Below, in pieces: positions 40,418 through 51,692 of a DNA stretch of 64,000 nt. This DNA comes from Folioceros fuciformis (lineage: Eukaryota). The translations under genes were made by a program, and so were the position numbers. Every line of letters starts with the position of its first letter. Position 1 is the stretch's first letter. The stretch spans positions 341,821 through 405,820 of the forward strand of contig JBNGIO010006255.1 of NCBI GenBank assembly GCA_049999805.1. The letters run 5' to 3'. The notes under the pieces were generated by a model that was given only the letters and a program-made list of their open reading frames with translations, was not told the DNA's origin and ran no database searches.

Positions 40418-43400
40418 TCATTCGTTGGCATTACTAATTTGTACACGTCCAAGGTAAACAGAAATTTCTTTTAGCACCGCCAAGATTTTCGAAGTTTGCT
40501 GATGCACTCGGTCCCCGGCCACAAATAGATGGATCTCCTGCCCATGCTCGATCCAGCTTTGGCCAAGCTCTTTCCATGAGATTGCAGCTGCTTTCAATTC
40601 CAGCAGCTGGGATGTATCCTCCAACATGTCAGCGCAATTGTAAATATGGGACATGAGCACATAGGCAGCACTGTGGGCTGGTGCGAGACTCACAGCGTTG
40701 TGGAAGGAACGTCTGCCAACTTCTACGTTCACATACTTTCGGCATGCACTCAGCAAAGACATCCAGATTGCCAGGTCAGGCTGCATCGGCATCCTGGAGA
40801 TCAAGTTCTCTGCCTTGCCGAAGAGTCCCGCACGGCTTAGCAAGTCAACCAGAACAGCATAGTGCTGGATGGTTGCAGGGATGCCAAACTCCCTGCTCAT
40901 GGACCCGAAGTAATCCAAGCCTCTGTCTACCCACCCAGCGTGGCTGCATGCGGTGAGTAGAGGAATGAATGTGGTGGCATCTGGCTCTTCTCCCGCCTTT
41001 CGCATCTCGTCAAAACATTGCACGATCCTTGTGGACGCACCTTGGCGAGCGTAGCCTGCCATGAGGGCTGTCCATGAGACCACGTCAGGGTGGGACAGCG
41101 AGTCAAAGACACGTTGAGCTGCAAGCATGCTTCCACATTTTCCATATGCGTGGATGAGAGTGTTGGCTACGAGCATGCTGGAGTCTATCCTACCGAGAAG
41201 ACGGTGATGGATCTGCTGACAGACTTTAACAGCTCCAACACACGCACAGGCTTTCAGGATACATACAAAAGTGGCATCATCTGGTTCCAAACTACTCCCT
41301 AGTAATTGTCTAGACAGTTGCAACGCCTTCTGGCATTGCTCTTGCTTAGTATATCCTGAAACCATCGCCGTCCATGTGGCCAAACTAGGCTCGTCCAACC
41401 CTATGAACACTTGCTGAGCTTGCACCATACTCCCACATTTTGAGTATGCATGAACCAAAGCATTTCCGACTGTTGCATCAGATTCAAAATCCCATCTAAC
41501 GACCGCACCATGGATAGACTCCACCTTGCTCAGCGAATTTGGTGTCACTGACTGACCACCCACGACTGCCTCTTGTTCCCGAGCTGCCAGACTGCCACAT
41601 ACTTTCAGCAAGCTACCGATCGTTTTACAGTCAGGTTTCACACCATCCTCCTGCATTTTCAAATACACATTGAAGATTTGCTCGTCTTCCTCGTGCTGTG
41701 CATATCCTGCAAGCAGAGCATTCCACGCCATCAAATCCCGCTGGTGGAGAGAATCAAATGCTAGCTGTGCATCTGACATGCTCCCGCATCTTGAGTACAT
41801 GCTTATCAAAGCTGAACTGACATGTGGGTCTTCCTCATATCCACGGCTCACGACTGCTCCGTGAATCTTTTGACCAATTCCAAGAGACTGGGATTTCAGT
41901 GGTTGTCCATGGAGCAGAGTGTCTGTTTCCATGCCTGATAGGCTGCCACATGCTCTGAGTACACTGACAAAGGTATACCTGTTCGGTTGCACACCTTCGG
42001 CTTGCATCTCTGAATACAATTGAATAGCTTTGTTACCTTCCCCTTGCTCACAATAGCCTGCAATAAGGCAATTCCATGTCACCACATCCTTGTGCACCAA
42101 GTTCTTGAAGACATGTCTGGCCTGGGGCAGGGCCCCACATCGTGCATACATGTTGACTAGGGTATTCCCAATAAATTTGTCTGATACACAACCCAGTATA
42201 AGAGCCAGATTATGGACAACCTTACCCATCCTCAGGGGCCCCAGGTTCAACGTCTGACCATCAATACGAGTTTCTTTCTCCGCAGCCAGACTACTGCACG
42301 CTTTAAGCACACTGACCAAGGTCCATTTATCGGGCTCAACACCTTCATCTTGCATTTGTCTATACAGTTGCAGGGCTTCTTCACCCTGTTGTTGCTGGGC
42401 ATAGCTAGCAATGACCGCATTCCAGGACACCAGATCACGCTGAAGCAGTTTGTCGAACAGATGCCTGGCCTCCAATATACTCCCACATGTCGCATACATA
42501 TGCACCAGAGTGTTGGCAACAAATATATCAGACTCGTAGCCCCTTCTAGCACCTTCCGCGTGGATAATCTTGCCCCTCCATAATGACTCCAACTTCACAC
42601 CTCGTCCATGAATGAGAGTCTCTCCTTCCAGCGCTGCCAAGCCACTACACGCCTTGAGTGCACTGACAAAAGTCCATTTGTCTGACTGCACGCCCTGTTC
42701 TTGCATCAGAGAAAAAAAGTGCAGTGCAAGGTCACTCTGCTTATTTTGAGCATATCCTGCAATCATCGCATTCCATGACACAACGTTGGGCTGTTCCAAT
42801 TTGTCAAAGACGTCCCGGGCATCCTTCATGCTCCCGCACTTTGAATACATACTGATCAAAGCTGTGCCAACAAACAGGTTGAACGACCTCGAAGCTAAAA
42901 CTTCAGCGTGAATCTGCTTCCCTGCCTGAAGATCTGCTAAGCTCCTGCAGGCCTGCAGCATACTCACATAAGTATAGGAGTTGGGCTTGGCACCTTCCAC
43001 TTTCATCTGCCGGAAAGCTTTGAAAGCCTCTTCCACCCTCCCTTGCTCTGTGTAGCCTGAAATAAGCACCGTCCAAGAGAAAACGGTGCGTGTCGGCAAC
43101 CTGTTGAACACATCCAGTGCATCCTTCACACTCCCGCACTTGACAAACATGTTGACAGCCAAGTCACCTAGACACCCCTGCGATTGTAGCCCATTTTTTA
43201 CAATGTAAGCATATGCTAGCTTGGACTGGGACAGAGACTTTAGTTTGCTGCACCTCTGCAATAGAAACGAACAGGTTTCAATCGAGGCCACGATGCCCTT
43301 CTCCTCCATGATCTGCAGAGCCTCCAGTGCCTCACCCAGTCCTCCATCCGTACACAGCCCAGTCATCTGATTGGCGTTCTGGAAGGCAACAAGGACATCC

Positions 43401-43519
43401 CCCGTGCGGAATCTACTACCATCGCAGTCCGCGCGACGAGTTGGCAGCTTCGGATACGAGGTGGGCGATCCAAATCTACACAGACAATCCATAGGCCAGC
43501 CACGACGAGAGTGCAGCAT
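40418..43519 (-). CDS. PLS-class PPR protein, E/E+ type without DYW catalytic motifs, intronless
   Basis: 1033-aa ORF of P-L-S repeats, then HYAVLVDLLSRAG, E1/E2 and a PG-box-like ELGQSWIE...FVAGD; stops before HxE/CxxC. Confidence 0.95.
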   Translation of the reverse strand: MLHSRRGWPMDCLCRFGSPTSYPKLPTRRADCDGSRFRTGDVLVAFQNANQMTGLCTDGGLGEALEALQIMEEKGIVASIETCSFLLQRCSKLKSLSQSKLAYAYIVKNGLQSQGCLGDLAVNMFVKCGSVKDALDVFNRLPTRTVFSWTVLISGYTEQGRVEEAFKAFRQMKVEGAKPNSYTYVSMLQACRSLADLQAGKQIHAEVLASRSFNLFVGTALISMYSKCGSMKDARDVFDKLEQPNVVSWNAMIAGYAQNKQSDLALHFFSLMQEQGVQSDKWTFVSALKACSGLAALEGETLIHGRGVKLESLWRGKIIHAEGARRGYESDIFVANTLVHMYATCGSILEARHLFDKLLQRDLVSWNAVIASYAQQQQGEEALQLYRQMQDEGVEPDKWTLVSVLKACSSLAAEKETRIDGQTLNLGPLRMGKVVHNLALILGCVSDKFIGNTLVNMYARCGALPQARHVFKNLVHKDVVTWNCLIAGYCEQGEGNKAIQLYSEMQAEGVQPNRYTFVSVLRACGSLSGMETDTLLHGQPLKSQSLGIGQKIHGAVVSRGYEEDPHVSSALISMYSRCGSMSDAQLAFDSLHQRDLMAWNALLAGYAQHEEDEQIFNVYLKMQEDGVKPDCKTIGSLLKVCGSLAAREQEAVVGGQSVTPNSLSKVESIHGAVVRWDFESDATVGNALVHAYSKCGSMVQAQQVFIGLDEPSLATWTAMVSGYTKQEQCQKALQLSRQLLGSSLEPDDATFVCILKACACVGAVKVCQQIHHRLLGRIDSSMLVANTLIHAYGKCGSMLAAQRVFDSLSHPDVVSWTALMAGYARQGASTRIVQCFDEMRKAGEEPDATTFIPLLTACSHAGWVDRGLDYFGSMSREFGIPATIQHYAVLVDLLSRAGLFGKAENLISRMPMQPDLAIWMSLLSACRKYVNVEVGRRSFHNAVSLAPAHSAAYVLMSHIYNCADMLEDTSQLLELKAAAISWKELGQSWIEHGQEIHLFVAGDRVHQQTSKILAVLKEISVYLGRVQISNANE

Positions 43520-43670
43520 GCACTTGCATCACACCCAAATAGTCACAACACTTGTTTCGGACCTGTGAGTTGAAAGCCAAGACACAAATGCTCCTATCCA
43601 AAGGAGCTAACAGGCTGCTTTGACCAGGCAGTGCGTGATTGTGGGCGACTGAGACACCAATGTTGATCAC

Positions 43671-46208
43671 ATGGCGATGCAGCTGTTACTGCCGGATGGC
43701 GCACTCTGGGATTCGGCCAAGTTGGTGACGCAGCCACGCTCTGCGGTGTTCCATATGCCCAACTTGTTGTCACCTCACCCAAGCTCTTCTGGTGTGAAGG
43801 GCGGGTGCAGGTTCCGCAACCGCCCGGAGCAGTACGACGCAAGCACAGAGGGGATCACTGAGAAGCACCGGCAGGAGCTTCTATGGCGCCACTTCTTCTC
43901 GCATCCCTCAGAGTGGTGGGACGAGAGAGCTGATAAAGAAAGCCCTCGCCATCCTGACTTCAGGCACAAGACTTCCGACGAGCCCATATGGCTGAGCAAC
44001 TCTCAGAAGCCGCCATGGGTGGATTCTCAGCTGGCCGAGTGGGAACTTCAGATGAAGGGGTCTCGTGCCTCTATGGAGCACTCCATGGCTCAGACCTTGA
44101 GGAAACGTTGTCAAGAGGCAAACCTGAAGGAAGCTGTTGCAGCTTTGGATGCCCTGGTGCAGGGAGGAGGTCATGTCACCACCGGCGTCTTCTATGGCCT
44201 CCTGCAGAGGTGTATGGCGCACAAGAATCTAGCTTGTGGAAGGCTTGTCCATGCTCTCGCTCTCAAGTGTGGGTACGAAGGCAATGCTTTCTTAGCCACG
44301 CACATCATCAGGATGTATGCGTCTCTTGGGGAATTGGATGACGCAGGGCTGGTCTTCACGAAAGTGTCCAGACCCAACCTCCACATGTGGTCCTGCATCA
44401 TCTTGGCCCACGCTCGACAGGGACGGCCCGCACATGCCATCGACCTGTATCGGCAATTTCGAGAGACGGGTGTGGAACCAAACAACCACATCTTCGTGGC
44501 AGTTCTCAAGGCTTGTGCTTCTGCTCAGGACTTGGTTTCTGGGAAGGAGATTCATGGAGATGTCCAGGCTTGCGCGATGATGGACGATGTTTATATTGGC
44601 AACTGCCTGGTGAGTATGTATGCCAAGTGCGGGGGCTTGCGTGATGCTCGCAAAGTGTTCGACAGTCTGCCTTCGAAGAATGTGGTGACATGGACTGCCA
44701 TGATCGCAGGATACACCCAACATGGACTCGGGCAACAAGCCCTGGCCCTCTATGGAAGCATGCAGCAGGAGGGCATCAGTCCAGCTGATCATGTCACCTT
44801 TGTGTGCCTCCTGCGAGCATGCGCTAGTTCACGATCCCTGCAACAGGGCAAGCAGCTTCACTTGCAGCTTCGTGAACAAGGGCTCGAAGGTGATGCAGTC
44901 ATCGGTAACAGCCTGGTGAACATGTATGCCAAATGCGGGTGCTTGGAGGATGCTCGAAACATATTCGACCACTTGCCCACAAGAGATGTTGTGACATGGA
45001 ATTCCATGATCGCAGGATGCACCCAACAGGGGCTTTGGCGAGAGGCCCTCGATCTGTATGCTAGCATGCAGCATGAGGGCATAACTCCAGCTGATCATGT
45101 CACCTTTGTATGTCTTCTTCAAGCATGTGCCAACTTGGGAGCCTTGCAACAGGGGAGGGAACTTCACTCCAAGATCCGTGCGACAGGCTTGGAATCTCAC
45201 TCCTCCACAGGCAACGGCCTCGTCAACATGTATGCGAAGTGCGGACAATTGCAGGAAGCTCTTACCGTATTCCACAATCTGCCAACCAAGTGCGTGGTCA
45301 CATGGACAGCCTTGTTGAACGGATACGCTGAACATGGTGATGCCCAACTGGCCATCCAGTGCTTCCGGCAAATGCTCCAGCACGGCATCCAGCCCAACGA
45401 GACGACCTTCCTCTGCCTTCTGGTGGCATGCAGTCACGCCGGCATGGTGTATGAGGGCCAGGAGTATTTCAGAATCATGGTAGACGATTACAGCATCCCG
45501 GCCACCGATTCTCACTACAACTGCATGGTGGATCTTCTCGGCCGGTCAGGCCATCTGGCCGAAGCCGAGCACGTACTTCAAACTAGGTCGTCCGAGCAGG
45601 ACGAAGTGGGCTGGAAATCTCTCCTCACAGCATGCAGAAGCTACGGCGACGTGGAGCGCGGCCAGCGCTGCTTCGACCGGATCGTGAACCTGGCTCCTGA
45701 CCACGCCAGCTCGTACATTCTGCTGGAGAACATCTACGCCGACGCCGGCAGGTGGCACGACGTTGGCAAGATAGAAAGGCTCAGAAAATCGGCAAAGGCG
45801 GTGAAGAAGCCCGCCAAGGCTTGCATCGAAGTGCAGCTAACCCTGCACGAGTTTACCGTCGGGGAAACCAGGGCCGATCTCTCCCCCACGCTCACCACCG
45901 TCTACGGCAGGGTAAAGGAGGAAGGAGGCCACATCCCGCGAACAGACCTGGTCCTGAAGACCTTGGACGAGCGGGAGAAGGAGCGGGCTCTGTGTGGCCA
46001 TGCCGAGAAGCTAGCCCTAGCGTACGGCCTCCTCAACACTCCCCAGGGCAGCCCGCTCCTGGTTACCAAGAACCTTCGCATGTGCACGGACTGCCATAGC
46101 AGCACCAAGATCATGTCCCGCCTGGAGCAGAGGGAAATAATCGTTAGAGACGCTCACCGAGTTCATCGCTTTGTGGATGGCTCCTGTTCCTGCAGGGATC
46201 GACATTGA
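43671..46208 (+). CDS. PLS-class PPR protein with DYW:KP (DRH-type) domain and N-terminal OSB-like PDF motif
   Basis: 845 aa; KKPAKACIEV, HAEKLA, NLRMCTDCH, C-terminal CSCRDRH; N-terminal WWDER...HPDFRHK...IWL...PPWV. Confidence 0.95.
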   Translation: MAMQLLLPDGALWDSAKLVTQPRSAVFHMPNLLSPHPSSSGVKGGCRFRNRPEQYDASTEGITEKHRQELLWRHFFSHPSEWWDERADKESPRHPDFRHKTSDEPIWLSNSQKPPWVDSQLAEWELQMKGSRASMEHSMAQTLRKRCQEANLKEAVAALDALVQGGGHVTTGVFYGLLQRCMAHKNLACGRLVHALALKCGYEGNAFLATHIIRMYASLGELDDAGLVFTKVSRPNLHMWSCIILAHARQGRPAHAIDLYRQFRETGVEPNNHIFVAVLKACASAQDLVSGKEIHGDVQACAMMDDVYIGNCLVSMYAKCGGLRDARKVFDSLPSKNVVTWTAMIAGYTQHGLGQQALALYGSMQQEGISPADHVTFVCLLRACASSRSLQQGKQLHLQLREQGLEGDAVIGNSLVNMYAKCGCLEDARNIFDHLPTRDVVTWNSMIAGCTQQGLWREALDLYASMQHEGITPADHVTFVCLLQACANLGALQQGRELHSKIRATGLESHSSTGNGLVNMYAKCGQLQEALTVFHNLPTKCVVTWTALLNGYAEHGDAQLAIQCFRQMLQHGIQPNETTFLCLLVACSHAGMVYEGQEYFRIMVDDYSIPATDSHYNCMVDLLGRSGHLAEAEHVLQTRSSEQDEVGWKSLLTACRSYGDVERGQRCFDRIVNLAPDHASSYILLENIYADAGRWHDVGKIERLRKSAKAVKKPAKACIEVQLTLHEFTVGETRADLSPTLTTVYGRVKEEGGHIPRTDLVLKTLDEREKERALCGHAEKLALAYGLLNTPQGSPLLVTKNLRMCTDCHSSTKIMSRLEQREIIVRDAHRVHRFVDGSCSCRDRH

Positions 46209-46323
46209 TTGAATGATCCAATGAAGCCTTCCCGTGCCTCCAGCCTTCAGAACATCGGTAGCTTCCACCTTCTCCTTCACGTCTCGACGCCATGGAGTGG
46301 AGGTGTCTGTTGCCTAGTCAGTC

Positions 46324-46562
46324 GTGAATCGTGAGGGCGAGCGTGAATCGTGAGAGTGAGCGTGAATCGTGAGGGTGAGCGTGAATCGTGAGGGTGAGCG
46401 TGAATCGTGAGGGTGAGCGTGAATCGTGAGGGTGTGTGTGAATCGTGAGGGTATGTGTGCATCGTGATATTGTGTGTGAATCGTGATATTGTGTGTGAAT
46501 CGTGATATTGTGTGTGAATCGTGATATTGTGTGTGAATCGTGATGTGATATGTGAATGGTGA
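46324..46562. repeat. 19-bp minisatellite (GTGAATCGTGA core), about 12 copies
   Basis: GTGAATCGTGAGGGTGAGC units grade into GTGAATCGTGATATTGTGT. Confidence 0.95.
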
Positions 46563-47196
46563 AACCCCAACCGCACGAACAAGAAGCGTGTCGTCTCGTT
46601 ACCAGGCACAAGAAGAAGCGCGGGCGTCCAATCACACGATTCACGTCTGGGAAAGGGGGAGAAAAGGCCAAAATAGAAAAAAAGCGGCTGACAGACCCGG
46701 TAACCCGTGAGGCGCGAGGTCAGGGCCGGACACACACAGTGCAAGTGTTATAAGGGCGGGACCGGCGGAATCGGTGGTGCAACCTGGAAGCGGGCACCCT
46801 GAAGGAGGTGCCAGCTCAGCACCCATACACACAGAGTTTTAGGAGAGTTCTGACACCAAATCCGAACCTTATATATTTCAAGGGTCGTTTGGTCTCGTCA
46901 CTCGCAATCCTGATTCCTGTCCTGCGCTGCCGCCGCAGGCGAAGGGTGTACACCTGCTCTCCCTGGTCTCCCTCTGGGCCCTTCTGTCTCTCGGTCTTAC
47001 TCCTGCTCTTGCCGGCATTCATTCTCCGCGCTCCCCGCAGCCCGCGCGATCGTCCGCAAATGCGGAAACAGCCCGCTTCGCAATTGGTGCGGATCGCAGG
47101 TGCGGCTGGCGGGTACGGGCATGAGGCCGGGACGCTGCGGGGGTCTTGGAGGAGCGGCCTCGGCGCTGGCGGGGAGGTAGGTCCGTGAGGCAGGCC

Positions 47197-50100
47197 ATGG
47201 ATCCCCGGGGCTTGGTTCCCCCAGGGACTGCGCACCAGCAGATGCTGCAGCAGCAGGCGGCGCACCAGCAGGCGCTGCACAGGCAGGCGTTGTTGCAGCA
47301 TCAGCAGCAACAGCAGAATCTGTATGCGCAGCAGAGCGGGTACCAGCAGGGAGGGATGAGCCATGTGAACGGTGGGGCGGCAGGGTCTCAAGCGAAGCCC
47401 GGCGGTCTGCGCGCAAGCCGGGAGGGAGGTTTTGCCGACCTGAATGCGGAGCCGCCGGCCAGCGACGGTGAGGCGGATGGTCCGGTTCCCAGCGACAGCA
47501 CTCCCAGTGCGGCCACCATGCCGCACCAGGAAGGCAGCAGGTATTTCGCCGAGCCGTGTGTGGTTTTGGTGCTGAAAAGTGACGGGGAGGAGGGAATTGT
47601 TGATTCTGCTGCCACGTGTATTGAGATTCCGTCTTTTTCTTGTATCCTGCGCTGGTCAGGGCGTCCCCGCCTGAAGAGAAGAAGAAGAGGAAGAAAGGGA
47701 GTAAGGAAGGCCCGGTGGTGAAAGATGGACTAGAGGATTTGAGGAAGTCAGCCAAGCCAGCGAAGTCACGCGCAAAGCCTAAGAGCGAACACCTTGACAC
47801 GGGGCTGGACGGTGATACGGATTCGCAAGTAACGGGCGTTCCGACCACGAGAGAGGAGAAACTCAAAAGCTTGAAGGCGGTACGATGAATGAGGCCAAGC
47901 CAAAGCTTGGAGTGCGCTTTTTGCTCCTGCTCGTTTCACACCGAGGTTACTTATCGTTGTCCTACAATTTGTGCAGGGTCTCGTGCACGTTGCAAAGAAG
48001 CTCCCAAAAAACGCGCACGCGCAGTTTTTTCTGGGGCTCATGTTTCAGCGCTTGGGGCAGCCTGCTAAAGTGAGCATTTTCTTAGACACGGTCGTTTTCT
48101 GCGATGATGCAAGTTGAGCACTGTATTTTGAAAAATCTTCTACATAGCTGCAACTTCACATCATTGTCTCTATCCTGGCAGGCCGCCACATACTTCGAAA
48201 AGGCTGCCGAGATCCTTAAGCAGTCAGAGGAAGAGAGTGGGCAAAACCGAGCGCAGTTCCTTCAACTCGTTCAGATCCACCAGGCAGAGGTCGGGTGCTG
48301 TAGGATTTTGAGTTGTGGAAGGATATGTTCAGAGACTGCTCTTGACCTGAGGGGAAAGCTTACTGAATATCAAGATCTGAATCATGTTTTCGTAGATTCT
48401 TCTAATATAGCAACCGTTGGGAATGCAGTGTTTGTTGCACAGCAACCTCATGGTTCAACTGGGACATTCGGGGAAAGAGCTGAAAAGGGAGGAGTTGGAG
48501 GGCGTGATCAGTAAGGTCAGGGAAGGGGCACAAGAAGACAGTGGCCAAGCTTCGATTTGGAACACTTTGGGATTGCTGCTTTTCAGGACTGGGCGAGTAC
48601 AGGTGATCTTGCTTAACGCTGAATATCGTTGCTCTCAATCTCTCAATTTTATGCTCATGTCTTTGTTGTCTTTGGACAGAGTGCTGTGGCTGTTTTTTCT
48701 GCACTGTTGAGCATAGTTCCAGACTATCTGGATGCACTGGCCAACCTGGGTGTCGCTCATATGCAAAGGTAGTGTTATCAGATATACTACTTACGAAAGG
48801 TTGAGATTCCTATGTGGATGCCAAGGTCCTTAATGAGTAGGGGAACTTTTTCCATGGAGCTCCTAACAGTCGATTCTGAAATTGCAGTGGACATCTCTTG
48901 AATGCAATGCGTTGTTTTCAAGCTGTGCTGGAAAAGGAAAGAACTCACCCAGGTGCCTTAGTAAATTACGGGGCCCTTCTGATACATCAATATGGTTTCT
49001 CAGGTTTGCACCACCCATTCAAACACGTGTTGTGCATCGAATTGTACTTGTTTCCAATATTAAATTGTCTTTGTGAACTGTACGTTTAGGGACAGCAGCT
49101 AGATCTGGGGGGTACAACGGTGTTTACTCCTTGCAGCACACTGCGGCTGTCGCTGCTCAACAATATCTGCAGTCTGCCGTGAAGGATGATCCGAAGGCTG
49201 CTCATATATGGTCCAATCTTGCCGCAGCTTATGCAGCATCTGGCAGCATATGGGATGCAAATAAGTGCTTAGAACAGGTACGATATTTACACAGCTTCTA
49301 GGTTGAGTGAATGTCTTCCACTTGTGATTTGTTTCTTCTTGGGAAATGTTTATGGTATCTCGTATTTCAGCACTCTTGCCCCCTAAATCGTGTTACTTTT
49401 GGGTTCTTTGCAGGCAGCAAAATTGGAGCCGTATAGGATGTCAACTCGGTTTGCTGTCGCTGCTCATCGGTTACGGGATGTTGAGCGGCTGGATGGTTCC
49501 GCGGAACAGGCTGAGCAGCTCAACTGGGCAGCAAATGAAATGGCATCCCTTTTACGAGAAGGGGACTCTACCGTGCAGCCTCACCTGGCATGGGCAGGTT
49601 TAGCTATGGTTAATAGGGCGCAGCATGAGACTGTAGCTTCGTTTGAGGGAGGTGGATTGGACCTCAAAGAAGTAGAGGATCGGGCTATTCGAAGTCTTCA
49701 CCAGGTCAGCATACGGATATCCGGTCAAGTGAATTTGGCAAGAGGATGAAGTGTTGGTGCTGTTATTGTATTTCTAGCTTTTCTCACAGAAATCTGGGGT
49801 ACTTGCAGGCAATAGACGAAGATCCAAACAATGCTGTCCCGTGGCATCAGCTTGGATTACATACACTATGTACTTTACAATTTGGGGATGCACTCAAGTA
49901 CTTCAGAGCAGCAATTGCTAGACGGCATAACTGCCCAGTGTCATGGTCCAATTTAGGTGACGTTCGTGACCCCTTATTGATGCTTACGTACACAGGCCCT
50001 GCAGAGATTGAGCAGTTGCCGCTGTTCTTAACTAAAGGCAGAGAACAATGATAGGGTTACCGTCATGTGTGAAGAACATGACTGAAAACTGTTGACTGTC

Positions 50101-50863
50101 TCATGCAGGTATTGCTCTTCAGTTCTCGGACGACCCATCTAGTGCTGAAGCCGTGTATAAACAGGCCCTTGCTCTTGCTCGTCCAGAGCTAGTACACACT
50201 ATTCTTTCAAACCTGGGGAATCTTTACCGGCAAAAGAAGCGTTTCAGTGAGGCTCATGCTGTTTACCGGAAGGCGCTGGAGCTATGCCCCGACTACGCAC
50301 CAGCTTACAATAACCTGGGCCTCCTGCACATTGCAGAAGGGGATTGGGATCTTGCAATAGCGTCATTTGATAGGGCTTTGGCTGCAGATCCTTACTTTGA
50401 AGCGGCGAGGTCCAACAAGATGAAGGCAGAAGTGTTGGCACAAGTCGGTAAGAGCTCACTTTCCACTAAGCCAACCTCATCACAACCACCAAATGCTCCA
50501 GTTCTTCCAGTCCCAAGTCCTGCTTCTGATACCCAAGTGCTGCTTTCTTCAGATCACCCACTGAACCTAGCCTCAGCATCAGGGCAAGGTTCAGAAGTCG
50601 TCCACTCTTCAGAACCACCTCAACACAAAGCTCCACACCAATCCCATGACCTGCAGTCATCGCAGTCTGTACCATGTATACCGACAGTCCAAACCAGCCA
50701 GCTCCCTTTTGGTCCATCAGTCGTCAATTCTTTGCAAGTGCCGCAACTTGCTTCTTCTAACTCCATGGCTACTCTGTCTGTCCCCTCGCCTGTAGCTGCT
50801 AGAGCGTCGTCATCCCGTCAATCTCACCAGCGAGAGCCCTTTCCGCTGCCTTCAATTTCTTGA
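47197..50863 (+). CDS. TPR-repeat protein (resembles the At5g63200 family) with Gln-rich N-terminus and Ser/Pro-rich tail, multi-exon
   Basis: ADLNAEPP, REEKLKSLKAGLVHVAKKLPKNAHAQFFLGLMFQRLGQ, IWNTLGLLLFRTGR, SNLGNLYRQ, YAPAYNNLGL. Confidence 0.85.
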
Positions 50864-51480
50864 CGTGGGTGAATTTTGTTTAAACAAATAACATTTTATG
50901 CGCACGCCGCATGGCGGACGTCTCTTCTTTACGTGTTGGGCTGGGTCCGGACCAGAGATGGTTTCAATTTTAAATTGCGTTGTACATTAGTGTCGGTGTG
51001 AACATGTGGAAATGTGCAGTACAAGTAAAGAAAGTTACTCATTCCTCCATTCCGTTTTTTTAGCAAGATGTATATGCACGTAGAAGCACCGCAGGGCGGC
51101 GCTAACAAGCGGCCCTGTGGGCCTTTTTACGGGATGGAGTGTCTAAAGTCGCCTAGTACCCTATCGTACCATAGAATTTGGCTCGAGGATGCTTGTTTCC
51201 CAAGCTGCCCTCGCATAGCTCCCGCTCAAGGATGCTTAGCCATGGAAATTCAAATGGAATGGATCCCGTGTGACTATCACTTCTGCAGGCAGGGGATAGG
51301 TTTGGTTACCATTTCCTTCTTCTAGCCATGCCATGTAGAGGAAGTTCTTCAATTAGAATAATATTCAATAACTATAGGGGCTTCATCACCCACTCCAATG
51401 CTAGGTAGATCATTATCTGAATTACTTTATTACGTAATAAATAAATAAGAGTTTAGTTGGGTTTAGGGTTTAGTTGTGCA

Positions 51481-51692
51481 GCAAAGTGGAGGAGATGAAG
51501 CTATGTTGAGTGATCCGAACCTTTGTCGCATAGACTTTGTCTTCTCATCTCAACAATGGAGACTAAGCTTAGACCCAGTTCCTCTTTGTTGTTTAGGTAT
51601 GCAGCAAAGGGGAGGCGATGAACCCAGCAAAGGGGAGGCGATGAACCTATGTTGAGTGATCCGAATCTTTGTCGCATAGACTTTGTCTTCTC
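51481..51692. repeat. Local direct duplications (about 66 bp and 23 bp), probably a TE remnant
   Basis: 51481-51546 resembles 51627-51692; CAGCAAAGGGGAGGCGATGAACC is tandem at 51602 and 51625. Confidence 0.75.

Noticed and set aside
46277-46744. His/Thr-rich repetitive ORFs and a CRISPR-like appearance
   Set aside because: Translation of the 19-bp minisatellite; the variable parts are only 8 bp and non-unique, there are no cas genes, and the DNA is eukaryotic
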